Shown here: piece by piece, positions 35,563 through 45,819 of the stretch | Numbering within the stretch: position 1 is the stretch's first letter | How the letters are laid out: every line of letters starts with the position of its first letter | DNA from: an uncultured Ruminococcus sp. | GTDB taxonomy: Bacteria > Bacillota > Clostridia > Oscillospirales > CAG-272 | Assembly: GCA_964621165.1 (NCBI GenBank) | Contig: CAZULC010000001.1 | Span: 109,648-173,647 of the forward strand | DNA: 64,000 nt | Direction: 5' to 3' | Made by a program: the position numbers and the translations under genes | The notes under the pieces: generated by a model | The model's database searches: none | Seen by the model: the letters and a program-made list of their open reading frames with translations, nothing else | Told to the model about the DNA's origin: nothing

Positions 35563-35967
35563 CCTCCACCCCACACTGATATAACTGCTGTAGGCCAAAC
35601 GTTATCACTGCTAAATCAAGCAATCGCCCAACGTCCCGCAATTCTCCACTGCAAGCACTAACAACCACACTGATATAACTGCTGTAATAAGCACATGATC
35701 AATTCGTTATCCCGCTGTGCATATACTACTGTGGCAGGCAGGGGTCTGAAGCTGTGCATCGGAGATAGAAAGCTATCTCCAACAAGGCGGTCCCTGACTG
35801 CCGTCTCAACTACTCCTGATCCCTTGGTATTCAAAATCTCATCCGCATCCTCCCTACTAAGCTAAAGAATAGCTCGGAGTGAGCATTCCCTGCTCAACTA
35901 AACCAAAAGGAGAATGAGTTTTAAAGTTCTTGCATAGCTTCTTTCAAGAAGCGCGTTCTCCTTCACT
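35563..35967 (+). repeat. F2 repeat, copy B (M1 duplicated, then M2-M5)
   Basis: CCACACTGATATAACTGCTGTA occurs twice (35569 and 35667). Followed by GGCAGGCAGGGGTCTGAAGCTGTGCATCGGAGATAGAAAGCTATCTCC...TTTTAAAGTTCTTGCATAGCTTCTTTCAAGAAGCGCG. Confidence 0.9.
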
Positions 35968-36073
35968 CAACTTTTAGTATCTCCAACCTTCTTTGCATTC
36001 CCCATACCCATATAACCTTCCCCCAACAATAATAAATAAACATTATATAAAAATCAAAGGAGACTTTATTAAA

Positions 36074-37414
36074 ATGGAACTCAATAAGCAAACCATGACA
36101 AAAGTCGAAGAGTACGCAGAAAAAGATGTAGTGCGCCGCGCACTCACCGGAGTCTTTTCAAAGACAAATATGCGCGATATGGCATTCAAAACCTCGGCGG
36201 CAAAGGAGAACCAGTTCATCTTCTCGACAGACATCAAAACCATGAGCGCAACTAACCAAAACTCAAGCGGTAGATGCTGGCTCTTCGCCGCCACTAACGT
36301 TGTCAGAGAAATCATCGCGAAAAAAATCAACGTAGAATCCTTCGAACTCTCCCAGTCCTACCTCGCTTTCTGGGATAAATTCGAAAGAATTAACTACTAT
36401 ATCGAATCCATCATCGAAACCGCTGATCAACCCCGCGACTCACGTATCGTCGACTATATCGTGGGCACGGGCGTACATGACGGCGGTCAGTGGGATATGT
36501 TCGCCAATATCGTCATAAAATATGGCCTCGTCCCTAAATGCTGCTTCCCCGAAACTTTCCAGTCCTCAAATACCGGCTCAGTCAACGGATTCATTAACCA
36601 CTACCTTAAAGCTAAAACCCCTCTCCTTAGAAAACTCGCTCAAAATAACGATACCGCATCTCTCAACTCTCTCCGGGAAGAAATGCTCGAGAAAACTTAT
36701 TCCTTCCTCTGCGCGGCTTACGATACCCCGCCGAAATCCTTCGACTTCGAATATAAGGATAAGGACGGTAAAGTTGTCTTCGATAGAAACCTCAACCCCA
36801 TCACATTCCGCGATAAGTATCTCGGCAGCTCCCTCAATGACTATGTCTCAATCATCAACGCTCCTACAGAAGATAAACCTTTCGACAAAGTCTATACCGT
36901 AAAATACCTCGGTAACGTAGTCGGCGGTAATGAGGTCTGCTACCTTAACCTTAAAATGGACGAATTCAAGGAAATCGTGGCTAAACAAATCAAGGACGGC
37001 GATATCGTTTGGTTCGGAAGCGACTGCGGTAAGTACGGCGACAGCGCAAAAGCCGCTTGGGATCCCGATCAGTTCGACGAAACAGCCCTCACTGGGCTCG
37101 ACTCCGATATGACGAAGGAGGATAACCTTAACTACCACGTGAGCCAGATGAACCACGCTATGTGCATCACCGGCCTTAATGAAGACGAAAACGGTAAAAT
37201 CAACCGCTGGAAAATCGAAAACAGCTGGGGCAACAGTGGAGCCAACGCCGGATACCACTCCGCCAGCGATAAATGGTTCGACACCTACGTATATCAGGCA
37301 GTAGTAAACAAAAAATACTTAGGCGAAAAAGCTGAAATACTCTGCGAGGAAAAAGTAGTCCTCAATCCGTGGGACCCCATGGGAAGTCTCGCGTCGGGAA
37401 ACCCCGACAGGTAA
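36074..37414 (+). CDS. pepC: Aminopeptidase C (C1B cysteine peptidase, bleomycin-hydrolase type)
   Basis: MELNKQ.. start behind AAAGGAG. Active-site context NQNSSGRCWLFAATN. The last 5 codons and the stop lie in repeat F3-b. Confidence 0.85.
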   Translation: MELNKQTMTKVEEYAEKDVVRRALTGVFSKTNMRDMAFKTSAAKENQFIFSTDIKTMSATNQNSSGRCWLFAATNVVREIIAKKINVESFELSQSYLAFWDKFERINYYIESIIETADQPRDSRIVDYIVGTGVHDGGQWDMFANIVIKYGLVPKCCFPETFQSSNTGSVNGFINHYLKAKTPLLRKLAQNNDTASLNSLREEMLEKTYSFLCAAYDTPPKSFDFEYKDKDGKVVFDRNLNPITFRDKYLGSSLNDYVSIINAPTEDKPFDKVYTVKYLGNVVGGNEVCYLNLKMDEFKEIVAKQIKDGDIVWFGSDCGKYGDSAKAAWDPDQFDETALTGLDSDMTKEDNLNYHVSQMNHAMCITGLNEDENGKINRWKIENSWGNSGANAGYHSASDKWFDTYVYQAVVNKKYLGEKAEILCEEKVVLNPWDPMGSLASGNPDR

Positions 37415-37552
37415 TCTCGGCATAGCTTCAGCTGAGATTTAAAGCAATCCCACGACTCTTCACAGTAGCTCCCGCATACAGGGAAGCCCCTGCTGGCATA
37501 CTCGGCATAGCTTCAGCTGAGATTTAAAGCCAACCCACGGCTATACCGCCCC
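37396..37552 (+). repeat. F3 repeat, locus b: two tandem units (period 86 bp)
   Basis: CTCGGCATAGCTTCAGCTGAGATTTAAAGC occurs at 37415 and 37501. GGGAAACCCCGACAGG and GGGAAGCCCCTGCTGG are the unit heads. Confidence 0.85.
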
Positions 37553-37675
37553 ATAACAGGACATAAATACAACCACCCCATCCAAATACACCACATAATA
37601 AAAGTCCCCCTATAATACCCAAATACTGTAGAGGGACTTTTGTCAACTCCACATCAATCAAGGAGCATCATCATC

Positions 37676-38548
37676 ATGCCAGCATATAAAGGAAACCTCC
37701 ATACCCATACCACCGCATCCGACGGAAAACTCACACCCGACCAAATCGCTGACCTCTATAAATTCAATGGCTATGACTTCCTCATAATCACCGACCATTG
37801 GAAACTGTCCAAAACCGAATACCATAAAAATGGCCTCCTGCTCATTTCCGGTATAGAGTATAACTTCGGCCAAAACGTACAAGAGGGCGTGTTCCATGTA
37901 GTCGGAATCGGTATGAAATGCGACCCAAATGTAAATAGAAACGATACCCCTGAGTCCGCTGTTGAAAAAATCCATTCAGTTGAAGGACTCGCCGATATCG
38001 CTCACCCGGCGTGGTCAATGAATACAGTGGAACAGCTTAAACGTATGAAAAACGCTGACTTCACCGAAATCTATAATAGCGTCTCCGACCTGCCGGCAAA
38101 CTGTAGACCTTACTCCGGCGACGTCCTCGATAAACTCGCAGCTGATGAAAACGGCAAATTATTCCCCCTCGCCGCAGTGGATGACAGCCATTGGTGTAAC
38201 GGCGAAGAATGTAAAAGCTTCATATACGTCCAAGCAGAATACTGTACCCCCGAAAACATATTGGAAAACATCAAAAAAGGAAACTTCCTCGCATCCCAAG
38301 GCCCCACGCTAAACGTAACGCAAACCGAAGACGGAATCATAATAACCTGTCCACCGGAGGATAAAATCGTAACCCTGATATACTTCACCGACGCAGTCTG
38401 GACTCCAAACCGCACCACCATAGCTCCCCCTGGTGAATATATAACCAAGTCCGTATTCCACCCCACCGGAACCGAATCCTACGTAAGAATAGAAGCCACC
38501 TCCGCCTCAGGCAAAAAAGCATGGAGCCAGTATATTAAGCTGAAATAA
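37676..38548 (+). CDS. PHP-domain metal-dependent phosphoesterase
   Basis: MPAYKGNLHTHTTASDGKLTP..ITDHW..; AAGGAG RBS. Confidence 0.7.
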   Translation: MPAYKGNLHTHTTASDGKLTPDQIADLYKFNGYDFLIITDHWKLSKTEYHKNGLLLISGIEYNFGQNVQEGVFHVVGIGMKCDPNVNRNDTPESAVEKIHSVEGLADIAHPAWSMNTVEQLKRMKNADFTEIYNSVSDLPANCRPYSGDVLDKLAADENGKLFPLAAVDDSHWCNGEECKSFIYVQAEYCTPENILENIKKGNFLASQGPTLNVTQTEDGIIITCPPEDKIVTLIYFTDAVWTPNRTTIAPPGEYITKSVFHPTGTESYVRIEATSASGKKAWSQYIKLK

Positions 38549-38556
38549 TGAATAAA

Positions 38557-38598
38557 AAATCTCTTATGTATAAAAACATAGGAGATTTCTTTTATTTG
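38557..38598 (+). terminator. Rho-independent terminator
   Basis: AAATCTCTTATGT-ATAAAA-ACATAGGAGATTT (13-bp stem with one G-U pair) followed by CTTTTATTT. Confidence 0.7.
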
Positions 38599-38606
38599 TA
38601 TGATTT

Positions 38607-38945
38607 TCTCCACCCCCAGCACTAACACCAGCACTGATATAACCGCTGTAGAGAAAACGTGATCACTTCATCATCAAGCGATCGGAATCAGGCGTGAGCA
38701 GGCAGGTGTCGGAAGCTGTGCATCGGAGATAGAAAGCTATCTCCAACAAGGCGGTCCCTGACTGCCGTATTAAATTACTCCTGATCCCTTGGTATTCTAT
38801 ATTTTATAGTCATGGACTTTTCACTACTCAGATACAGAAACGCGGCCGCACCCGCTCCCCTGCTCAGCTTCACCACATTGCAACTTCTTTTTTAAAGTTC
38901 TTGCACAGCTTCTTCCAAGAAGCGCGCTCCCCTTTCACTCCACCC
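38607..38945 (+). repeat. F2 repeat, copy C (full M1-M5)
   Basis: CTCCACCCCCAGCACTAACACCAGCACTGATATAACCGCTGTA...GGAGATAGAAAGCTATCTCC...TTTAAAGTTCTTGCACAGCTTCTTCCAAGAAGCGCG. Confidence 0.9.
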
Positions 38946-38966
38946 CACGTATCCTTTCCCCTCTCT

Positions 38967-41234
38967 TCACTCCCACTCCATAACTTCACCTAACTTCGCC
39001 ACATCAACCCTGGCACGAACCTTTAACTCGCCTGCTTTGGAACGTAACTCGCACGCTGTCTCTCCTCGCCGACTTAATATGCCGCTCGCCATGGAATAAA
39101 CCTTGCCGCCTAAATCACCAACACCATCGCCGCCCACGTCAATCACATAGCCTTGACCAAGCTCTCGCATGAATGACATGACTTTCGGGTCGTAGGATAG
39201 GCCTATCACCGGAACCGCTACCGTGGACGCGTATATTATCGAGTGAAGCCGCATGCCTATCGCAAATTCAGCATAACTTAATACACCCGCTAACTCGCCC
39301 GCCGTCATGGGATTGTATATCCCGCACCTCACACCTCCCTCGGCTAATTTGTCACATAATACCTCCGAAATGTGGCTGTCCTTCGACTTTTGCATTGGTA
39401 TTACCATCACCGCTAAACCATACTCGCGGGATATCTTCTCCATGGCTGAGGCGGTACCTGCAACTACCTCCTCGTCACGGCTGGTCATAACCCCCGTCGT
39501 CACATCCATCAACCGCAAAGATACCGCCGCAAATTTCACGCCGCTTAACCCGCACTTCTCTATGGCTGAACCCGCTGAACCGTAATCCGCTTCCGTCAAA
39601 AACGCGGGATCCGCTGTCACTTCAACTTTTCCGCCAAACCCTATCCGCTTTATCTCTTCCGCTGACTCTGCGTCCCTCACCGTAATCACGTCTGCCTTCG
39701 ATAACGCTTTCGCCGCGCGACGCCGGTTCTCCTCACGTGTTATCGGACCAATCCCGTTCGCGTATACATATACCTTCGCACCTGCACGCTTCGCAAGTCC
39801 CATCACTCCGGCGTAATACCCGAGACTCCTGCTGCTCGTCTTGTCCTGCAATAACGAACCTCCGCCCGATAATAATACCTTCGCACGACGCGCGTTCAAC
39901 CATATCACTGGAAAATTCACCCGCGATATGCACTCAAGCCCCAGCCGCTTCCGGTCCGACCGCGGATTCTTCGTCAACGCGCGTATCTTCACACCCGGAT
40001 ATGCACGCGCCGCACTTGCCGATATCACCTCAAGCAAACTCTCGTCACCTAAATTCCCGAATCCGTAATACCCGCTTATCAACACGTCCGCCGCCCCTTT
40101 GAACCTCACCGGAGAATCTATTGCGTCGTTGTACATCTGTAGATAATCCTCGGCCATGCGGGATACGGCATAATGCTCACGAATGAACGCACGGTTGAAC
40201 TCGCCAAGCCGCCGGCGCAGATCATCGTCATCCAGTAATACGCCGATCTCATCCGCAAGCTCCCCCGCATCCGCACAGGCATAACCGCGGCAGCAGAAGT
40301 TCGTCTCGTAAGCCGCTTTGGCCTTGCTCTCGTCAAATATCCCCATGGAACCCTGACCGCCTGCTAAAATCACAGCCTTTCCGCAGGCCATAGCCTCAAG
40401 CGCAGACCTGCTCACCCCAACAAATACGTCCGCACAGGCACAGTATTCGCTCACATTCGATACCCCGCCGACACAATATATTACCTTCCCCACATCACTG
40501 TTGACCGCCGCCGCCATCTCTTCAACCCGTCCCCTGCATCCGCCGTCACCGACTATAACCAAATCCACGTCCGGATAACGATCGTGTATAACCGGCATGG
40601 CCTTAATTAACTCGTACGCCGGAGCCACACGGTCCTCGTCAAGCCTGCTCATGTAAACCACACGCCGACGGGCAGGATTTAACCCGTGCTTCCCGAGTAC
40701 AGACTCAAACCTGACCATCGGCGAAAACTTCTTCTCGTCAATCCCGTTGATCGTGGTATAAATCTTTCCCGCCGGATAATCGTACTCGCGAATCAAATAT
40801 TCACGTATGTCGTCCGACACAGCCATGACCCGCTCACCCCAGCAGGATATCCTGCGCCATAACGGATTCAACGCGAAATCAAGATGCGCACTTGTCACAA
40901 ACCGGAACTTCACCCCATCCTTGACTAAAAACCGGTTCATCATCCCTAGAACGAAGCTGGGAATCCGCGCATGGGAATGCACAATGTCAAAATTTTCCTC
41001 CCGAATCAGCCTGTACAATCCCCGCCACGACTGAATCACGCTGACCGGGTCTTTTTTGTGAAGCGGAAGAGTTGCCAGAACAGCACCCGCACGCTCAGCC
41101 TCAAGAGCATAAACCCCGCCGTGAGACGCCAAAGTTACCTCATGCCCCCGCGCCAGGAGCTCCCGGCAAAGCTCAAGAATATGAGTCTCCGCCCCGCCAA
41201 TCTCCATAGACATAGTAACCATCAAAATTTTCAT
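38967..41234 (-). CDS. Fusion: GT4 glycosyltransferase + polysaccharide pyruvyl transferase (CsaB-like)
   Basis: N-terminal MKILMVTMSMEIGGAETHILELCRELLARGHEV. The C-terminal half carries VLISGYYGFGNLGDESLLEVI. Start at the ATG at 41234. Confidence 0.7.
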   Translation of the reverse strand: MKILMVTMSMEIGGAETHILELCRELLARGHEVTLASHGGVYALEAERAGAVLATLPLHKKDPVSVIQSWRGLYRLIREENFDIVHSHARIPSFVLGMMNRFLVKDGVKFRFVTSAHLDFALNPLWRRISCWGERVMAVSDDIREYLIREYDYPAGKIYTTINGIDEKKFSPMVRFESVLGKHGLNPARRRVVYMSRLDEDRVAPAYELIKAMPVIHDRYPDVDLVIVGDGGCRGRVEEMAAAVNSDVGKVIYCVGGVSNVSEYCACADVFVGVSRSALEAMACGKAVILAGGQGSMGIFDESKAKAAYETNFCCRGYACADAGELADEIGVLLDDDDLRRRLGEFNRAFIREHYAVSRMAEDYLQMYNDAIDSPVRFKGAADVLISGYYGFGNLGDESLLEVISASAARAYPGVKIRALTKNPRSDRKRLGLECISRVNFPVIWLNARRAKVLLSGGGSLLQDKTSSRSLGYYAGVMGLAKRAGAKVYVYANGIGPITREENRRRAAKALSKADVITVRDAESAEEIKRIGFGGKVEVTADPAFLTEADYGSAGSAIEKCGLSGVKFAAVSLRLMDVTTGVMTSRDEEVVAGTASAMEKISREYGLAVMVIPMQKSKDSHISEVLCDKLAEGGVRCGIYNPMTAGELAGVLSYAEFAIGMRLHSIIYASTVAVPVIGLSYDPKVMSFMRELGQGYVIDVGGDGVGDLGGKVYSMASGILSRRGETACELRSKAGELKVRARVDVAKLGEVMEWE

Positions 41235-41292
41235 AACAAATCTCCCGCAGTAAAATTCTACTATATTATACCACACTTAATCCTCAAAAGCA

Positions 41293-41325
41293 ATAAAAAA
41301 CCCCCGGGAATCGGCTCCGGAGGTT
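41293..41325 (-). terminator. Rho-independent terminator after the S-layer gene
   Basis: Minus strand reads CCUCCGG-agccgauuc-CCGGGGG followed by UUUUUUAUU. Confidence 0.65.
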
Positions 41326-41367
41326 TCTTATTAATTTTTTATAAGGTCAACTTATAAAGATGAAAAG

Positions 41368-44300
41368 TTAGTTGATGTCGTCAACATCTACTATTGCGAT
41401 TACTTCGTCGGATACAGCCTGCCCATCAGCTGCGAATTCTACAACGAGCTCACCATCTTCGTCTACGGAGAGAACAAGAGTGTGTGTGATCGCTTTAGCA
41501 GTATCTTCGCCATACTTCAGTGTAGCTTTGAATGTTACAGTAACACCGTCTTTGTTTGTGCTGCTTACAGTGATAGCCTTTGTAGCTCCATCGTAGAGTA
41601 CGTCAGAAGGATCAAAGCTGAACGACTGAACGAGCTTGCATGTCTCTGTATCATTGGTGTCAGTAACATCTTCGTGATATGTGTAAATCTCGAAGTCGAT
41701 ATCGGTTTCGTAGAGCTTGCCTGCATCACCAGCATCAACAGTCAGAGTAGCATCCCAGTTGCCAAGAGTAGAGCATCTGTCGATTTCATCGAAGTATGCA
41801 TTATTGTCAGCCAGTGTCTTGTGGTCGTTCTTGGTGTAGCTTCCGAAGAGGTTGAATCCAATAGAAGTGATTGTGTAGTCGTAAACAGTTACTTCTTCGC
41901 CGTCTTTAGTTGATTCGGTAATTGTCTTTTCAGCTGCTACTGTAGCTCCTGTAGCGAGATCATCTTTCCACTGTAAAGCGTTTGTAGATTCAACAGAAAC
42001 CGGATCATCCTCAACTGTCACGTAAATGCAGTCATCAGGATCAATGTAGATAACAGCAGCATATGTGCCGTCGCCATTGCTCTTGAGAATGAGGTCGCCC
42101 TTGATTACAGTGTTATCAGTGTCGTAACCGGAGATAAGGCTATTGTAAGCAGACTTGTTAACAGCTTCAACAGATGTAACGTTTCCACCTACGCCGTCCT
42201 TAACGAGCTTAACAACCTTAACGCTGGAAACCAGTCCTGTAACATCAACTTTGAGACCCAGTAAACCAGATACAACATCTTCAGAGAGAGCATCTTCATC
42301 GCCATCGCAGTAATCAACAGTTACATCGATACCCTGTTTGAACTTGTACCATCTGCCTGATGCATCGCCACCTACAGCAACAGCATCACTGTCGAGGTCT
42401 GTGTATGTGTCAAGGAATTCAGCCCAGAGAGCATCCCAAGTCTGATCAGAAACAACTCCTGTGAGAACGCCGTCAACCATTCTGTAGACTTTTCCAGTCT
42501 TGATAGAAGTGTTCAGTGCGCTTGCAGCATATTCAAATTCACCAGTGTAGAAGTTGAATACGAGTGTTTCAGCGGTTTCAGTAGCACCGTTGAGATACCA
42601 TTCATCAGGATCAAGACCAGCGCCGTTGTAGAATTTCTCCATAATGGTCTTCTTTACAACGAGTGCGAGACCAGAGTTCTGCCAAGATTCGTTAGACTTG
42701 AAGCCGGTGATATCAGCGTTTGTAATAATGAATGTCTTTGAACTTGCATCGCATCCAATAGCATAACCGGAAACTGCCCAAGTGTCATCAGTAACCTTTC
42801 CTTCATATACTATGATAGGCATGTAGTTCAATGTAGGTGAGTAGTCAGGAATGAGAATGTACTTATCGGAAGAAGTGGTCTTCTTGGGGGTATCATCATC
42901 CCAGAGTCTGTAGCCTGAGCTGAAGGTGATATCAACATATGTTCCAGTGTTGCTATAATCGAAGGATGTACCATCTTCAGATAATTCTCCAAGAGTTTCA
43001 ACATAGTAAACGTCAGAATCCTTGTCGTAAGAAACTACCTTGTAAACCTGACCCTTGATGAATTCATCAGTAACCTGGTTGCCATACCAGAAGAAGTCGC
43101 CCTCATCCCAGTAGTTGTAAGAACCGATTCTGAATCTGTCATACTTGAGGTCAGTTGTGGAGTAACCGTTAACAACGATGTATCCATCAGAAGAAATGCC
43201 TGCATAAGAATCAACTACGATGTAGCCGTTGTAGCCAGCGTTAGCAGCTTCAAGAGCAACAACTTCGCCATCAAGTAAGTAGTATGTTACGAACTGAGCG
43301 AACAGAGGCTCGAGCTTGCTGGTGAGGTATGCCTTATAAGCGCCATTCTTGTAGTCACTGCTGTCAGTGCTGTACTTGAATGTGCCGTAGTTCTGGCTGA
43401 GAGGATATGTTGTGCTGCCGATAGTAACTGTAGCCTTGGTGAGAGAATATGCGTTCAGAACGCCTGTAGCATAGTATGTATCAGCATCAGTCAGATCATC
43501 AGAGTAAGCTTCGATTGTCTTGATAACCTTGAATTCCTTTGTAGCCTTGTTGTAGCCATAGATTACATATGCACTTACAACGTTGCCATCCTTGTCGAGG
43601 ACAGGAGCATAAGCATCCTGATACCATGCGCCGTCGGAAATTTCAGCAACACGTGTGCCGTTGATCTTGAGGAATACGTGGTTAGCGCTGTGATCGCTGC
43701 ACCATTCAGTTGCCTGCTTCAGTAAACCGAATCCGTAGCTCTCATAGATACCGCGGAGACCAGCTTCGGTCTTGTAAGTATCAAGGTTTGCATGAAGAGT
43801 TGTGCTTCCATCGTATGCAACATATACAAGCTTGTCAGTGCCGATCTTGCATGCGTCGTCGATAACTGCCTTGATTTCATCAAGTTCATCATCATCCATC
43901 TTCAGTACGCCGATAACGTTGCCGTCGTTGGTGTACTTAACGCTGAAGTAGTAGCCTTCGATAGGATTGTAGTAGTACTCTACATGATATGAAGTGTAGT
44001 TGTACTTGGTGCCGCCGCTCACGAAGGTGTAAGCACTGCCGTCAGTAACTGCTGTTGTCAGATAGTTGCCGTCGTCATCTGTGTCAGCAAGAAGAATGTT
44101 GCCATTTGACCAGTCGTAAGCATAAGGAGACTTGTTGTAGTCGAATGTGAGGTATTCTGTTACCTTGCCAGCTGTTGTGATGATGATTTCTGTATCATCT
44201 TTAGCAGCGTTTGCAAGGATCTTTCCAGAGTACTTGTCAACGATTGTCAGAGGCTTCAGATATGTGCCGATAGGATCGGTGTCTTCGTAAGCCTTGCCGT

Positions 44301-45291
44301 CGTTGTCAGTGATACCCTGGTTCTTAATTGAGCTTACATCGTACTTGTCGTAATTAATGATAGAAACGAGGTTGTCGTCGCTGTCGATGCCGAAGAGTAC
44401 AGAGTAAGGTGTGCCGAGAGCGAGTTCATCAGCATGACTGTCATCAGTCAGGTAGATACCGAGCTCAGAAGCTTTTGCGTAATAAATTGTGCTGTCAAGT
44501 GAGCCGTCATCTTCAACAACCTGGAAAGCAACATAGCCGGCAGGTGTCTTATAGCTTGCAGTTGTGTACTTTGCTGTTTCAGTAGCAGTGATAACAATGT
44601 CGGACCAGCCGAACGCTGTGCCAAAGCTCTGAAGAGCAAGCTTGGAGTTGTCTGCAAAGAGTGTGTTGTAGATAATCTGGCAAACTACGCCACGGTTGCA
44701 GGGATCGGTGTAGGCTACGCCTTCGATACCGTCTGTGAGACCGAGGTTAACAGCCTTCTCGATGTATCCCCAAGGCCATTCAAGACCCTGATAACCGAGA
44801 GAACGAACTGCCATTGTAAGAGCTTCACGATAGGAAACAGTCTGTTCCGGCTTGAAAATGCCGTTGCCGTAACCTTCGATAACGCCCTTCTGGCTTACAT
44901 AGGAAATAGCGCCGTAAACATTTTCAGCACCAGTTCCCTTGAGGTCAGTAAATCCGGAATCATTTGCGCCGTAATCTTCCCATGAAAGGTCATCAACCCA
45001 GCCGGTCATTATACGACCAGTAAAGAGCGCCATTTCATAACGCTTTACTGCGTCTTCAGCATGGAGAAGTCCGTCTTCCTTACCGTGTATAATATCATAT
45101 GCAACGAGAAACTCGATAGCACGGTCGTAAGGAGTAGCGGCCTCAGCGGTTGTTTCGTCTACTGCTTCTTCAACAGCCTCTGATGTAGCAACAGGCTCAT
45201 CAGCAATTGCAGCATCATCGGCTGCAAAAATGGTTGAAGCGCAGGAAACGGTCATGAGAAGAGCAAGAATCAGAGAAAGAGTCTTTTTCAT
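41368..45291 (-). CDS. S-layer / cell-surface protein with N-terminal SLH domains
   Basis: 1307 aa. Signal peptide MKKTLSLILALLMTVSCASTIFA. SLH-like units: YDRAIEFLVAYDIIHG, FTDLKGTGAENVYGAISYVSQKGVIEGYGNG, WPWGYIEKAVNLGLTDG. Confidence 0.8.
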   Translation of the reverse strand: MKKTLSLILALLMTVSCASTIFAADDAAIADEPVATSEAVEEAVDETTAEAATPYDRAIEFLVAYDIIHGKEDGLLHAEDAVKRYEMALFTGRIMTGWVDDLSWEDYGANDSGFTDLKGTGAENVYGAISYVSQKGVIEGYGNGIFKPEQTVSYREALTMAVRSLGYQGLEWPWGYIEKAVNLGLTDGIEGVAYTDPCNRGVVCQIIYNTLFADNSKLALQSFGTAFGWSDIVITATETAKYTTASYKTPAGYVAFQVVEDDGSLDSTIYYAKASELGIYLTDDSHADELALGTPYSVLFGIDSDDNLVSIINYDKYDVSSIKNQGITDNDGKAYEDTDPIGTYLKPLTIVDKYSGKILANAAKDDTEIIITTAGKVTEYLTFDYNKSPYAYDWSNGNILLADTDDDGNYLTTAVTDGSAYTFVSGGTKYNYTSYHVEYYYNPIEGYYFSVKYTNDGNVIGVLKMDDDELDEIKAVIDDACKIGTDKLVYVAYDGSTTLHANLDTYKTEAGLRGIYESYGFGLLKQATEWCSDHSANHVFLKINGTRVAEISDGAWYQDAYAPVLDKDGNVVSAYVIYGYNKATKEFKVIKTIEAYSDDLTDADTYYATGVLNAYSLTKATVTIGSTTYPLSQNYGTFKYSTDSSDYKNGAYKAYLTSKLEPLFAQFVTYYLLDGEVVALEAANAGYNGYIVVDSYAGISSDGYIVVNGYSTTDLKYDRFRIGSYNYWDEGDFFWYGNQVTDEFIKGQVYKVVSYDKDSDVYYVETLGELSEDGTSFDYSNTGTYVDITFSSGYRLWDDDTPKKTTSSDKYILIPDYSPTLNYMPIIVYEGKVTDDTWAVSGYAIGCDASSKTFIITNADITGFKSNESWQNSGLALVVKKTIMEKFYNGAGLDPDEWYLNGATETAETLVFNFYTGEFEYAASALNTSIKTGKVYRMVDGVLTGVVSDQTWDALWAEFLDTYTDLDSDAVAVGGDASGRWYKFKQGIDVTVDYCDGDEDALSEDVVSGLLGLKVDVTGLVSSVKVVKLVKDGVGGNVTSVEAVNKSAYNSLISGYDTDNTVIKGDLILKSNGDGTYAAVIYIDPDDCIYVTVEDDPVSVESTNALQWKDDLATGATVAAEKTITESTKDGEEVTVYDYTITSIGFNLFGSYTKNDHKTLADNNAYFDEIDRCSTLGNWDATLTVDAGDAGKLYETDIDFEIYTYHEDVTDTNDTETCKLVQSFSFDPSDVLYDGATKAITVSSTNKDGVTVTFKATLKYGEDTAKAITHTLVLSVDEDGELVVEFAADGQAVSDEVIAIVDVDDIN

Positions 45292-45364
45292 CTTTGTCTG
45301 TGCTCCTTATAAAAATAAATTTTTTTACTGAGGGAAAAGCCGATTCTTTTTTCCCCGCACACAT

Positions 45365-45393
45365 ATATTACCACAATTCCCGAAATATTTCAA
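45365..45393 (-). promoter_or_regulatory. Candidate promoter of the S-layer gene
   Basis: Minus strand reads TTGAAA (45393-45388), 17 nt spacer, TGgTAATAT (-10 at 45370-45365). Confidence 0.4.
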
Positions 45394-45520
45394 GTAGTTT
45401 TCACCAAGTGTAACGAAACTGAAATATTAAACCCAATTAATAAATTCCGCTCTCCAAAAAAACGTTAATATTTTATAAAATATCTTCCAATCCCAAAAAT
45501 ATTTTACACAAAATAAATTT

Positions 45521-45747
45521 CCCGCACACCCGCTCGCGCTGAAATAACTGCTGTAATACATACGTGAGTATTAAATTCCTCCTGATCCCTTGGTATTCTA
45601 AATTTTAGTCGATTTGGTATTCCCAAAATTTAAACCTAAAGAATATAAAGATAGGACGCATATCCTGCTCAGCTTCACTTAATTATGACCCAGCTTTAAA
45701 GTTCTTGCGCAGCTTCTTTCAAGAAGCGCGTCTCCCGCACTCACTCA
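45521..45747 (+). repeat. F2 repeat, copy D (M1, M3, M4, M5; M2 deleted)
   Basis: GCGCTGAAATAACTGCTGTAATACATACGTGA joins directly to GTATTAAATTCCTCCTGATCCCTTGGTATTC...GCTTTAAAGTTCTTGCGCAGCTTCTTTCAAGAAGCGCG. Confidence 0.85.
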
Positions 45748-45819
45748 CCTTTCACCCAAAAAAGCTGCCGCCCCGTACCACAGAGCAGTAACTCTTCCTT
45801 ATATATATGAACCCGCATA

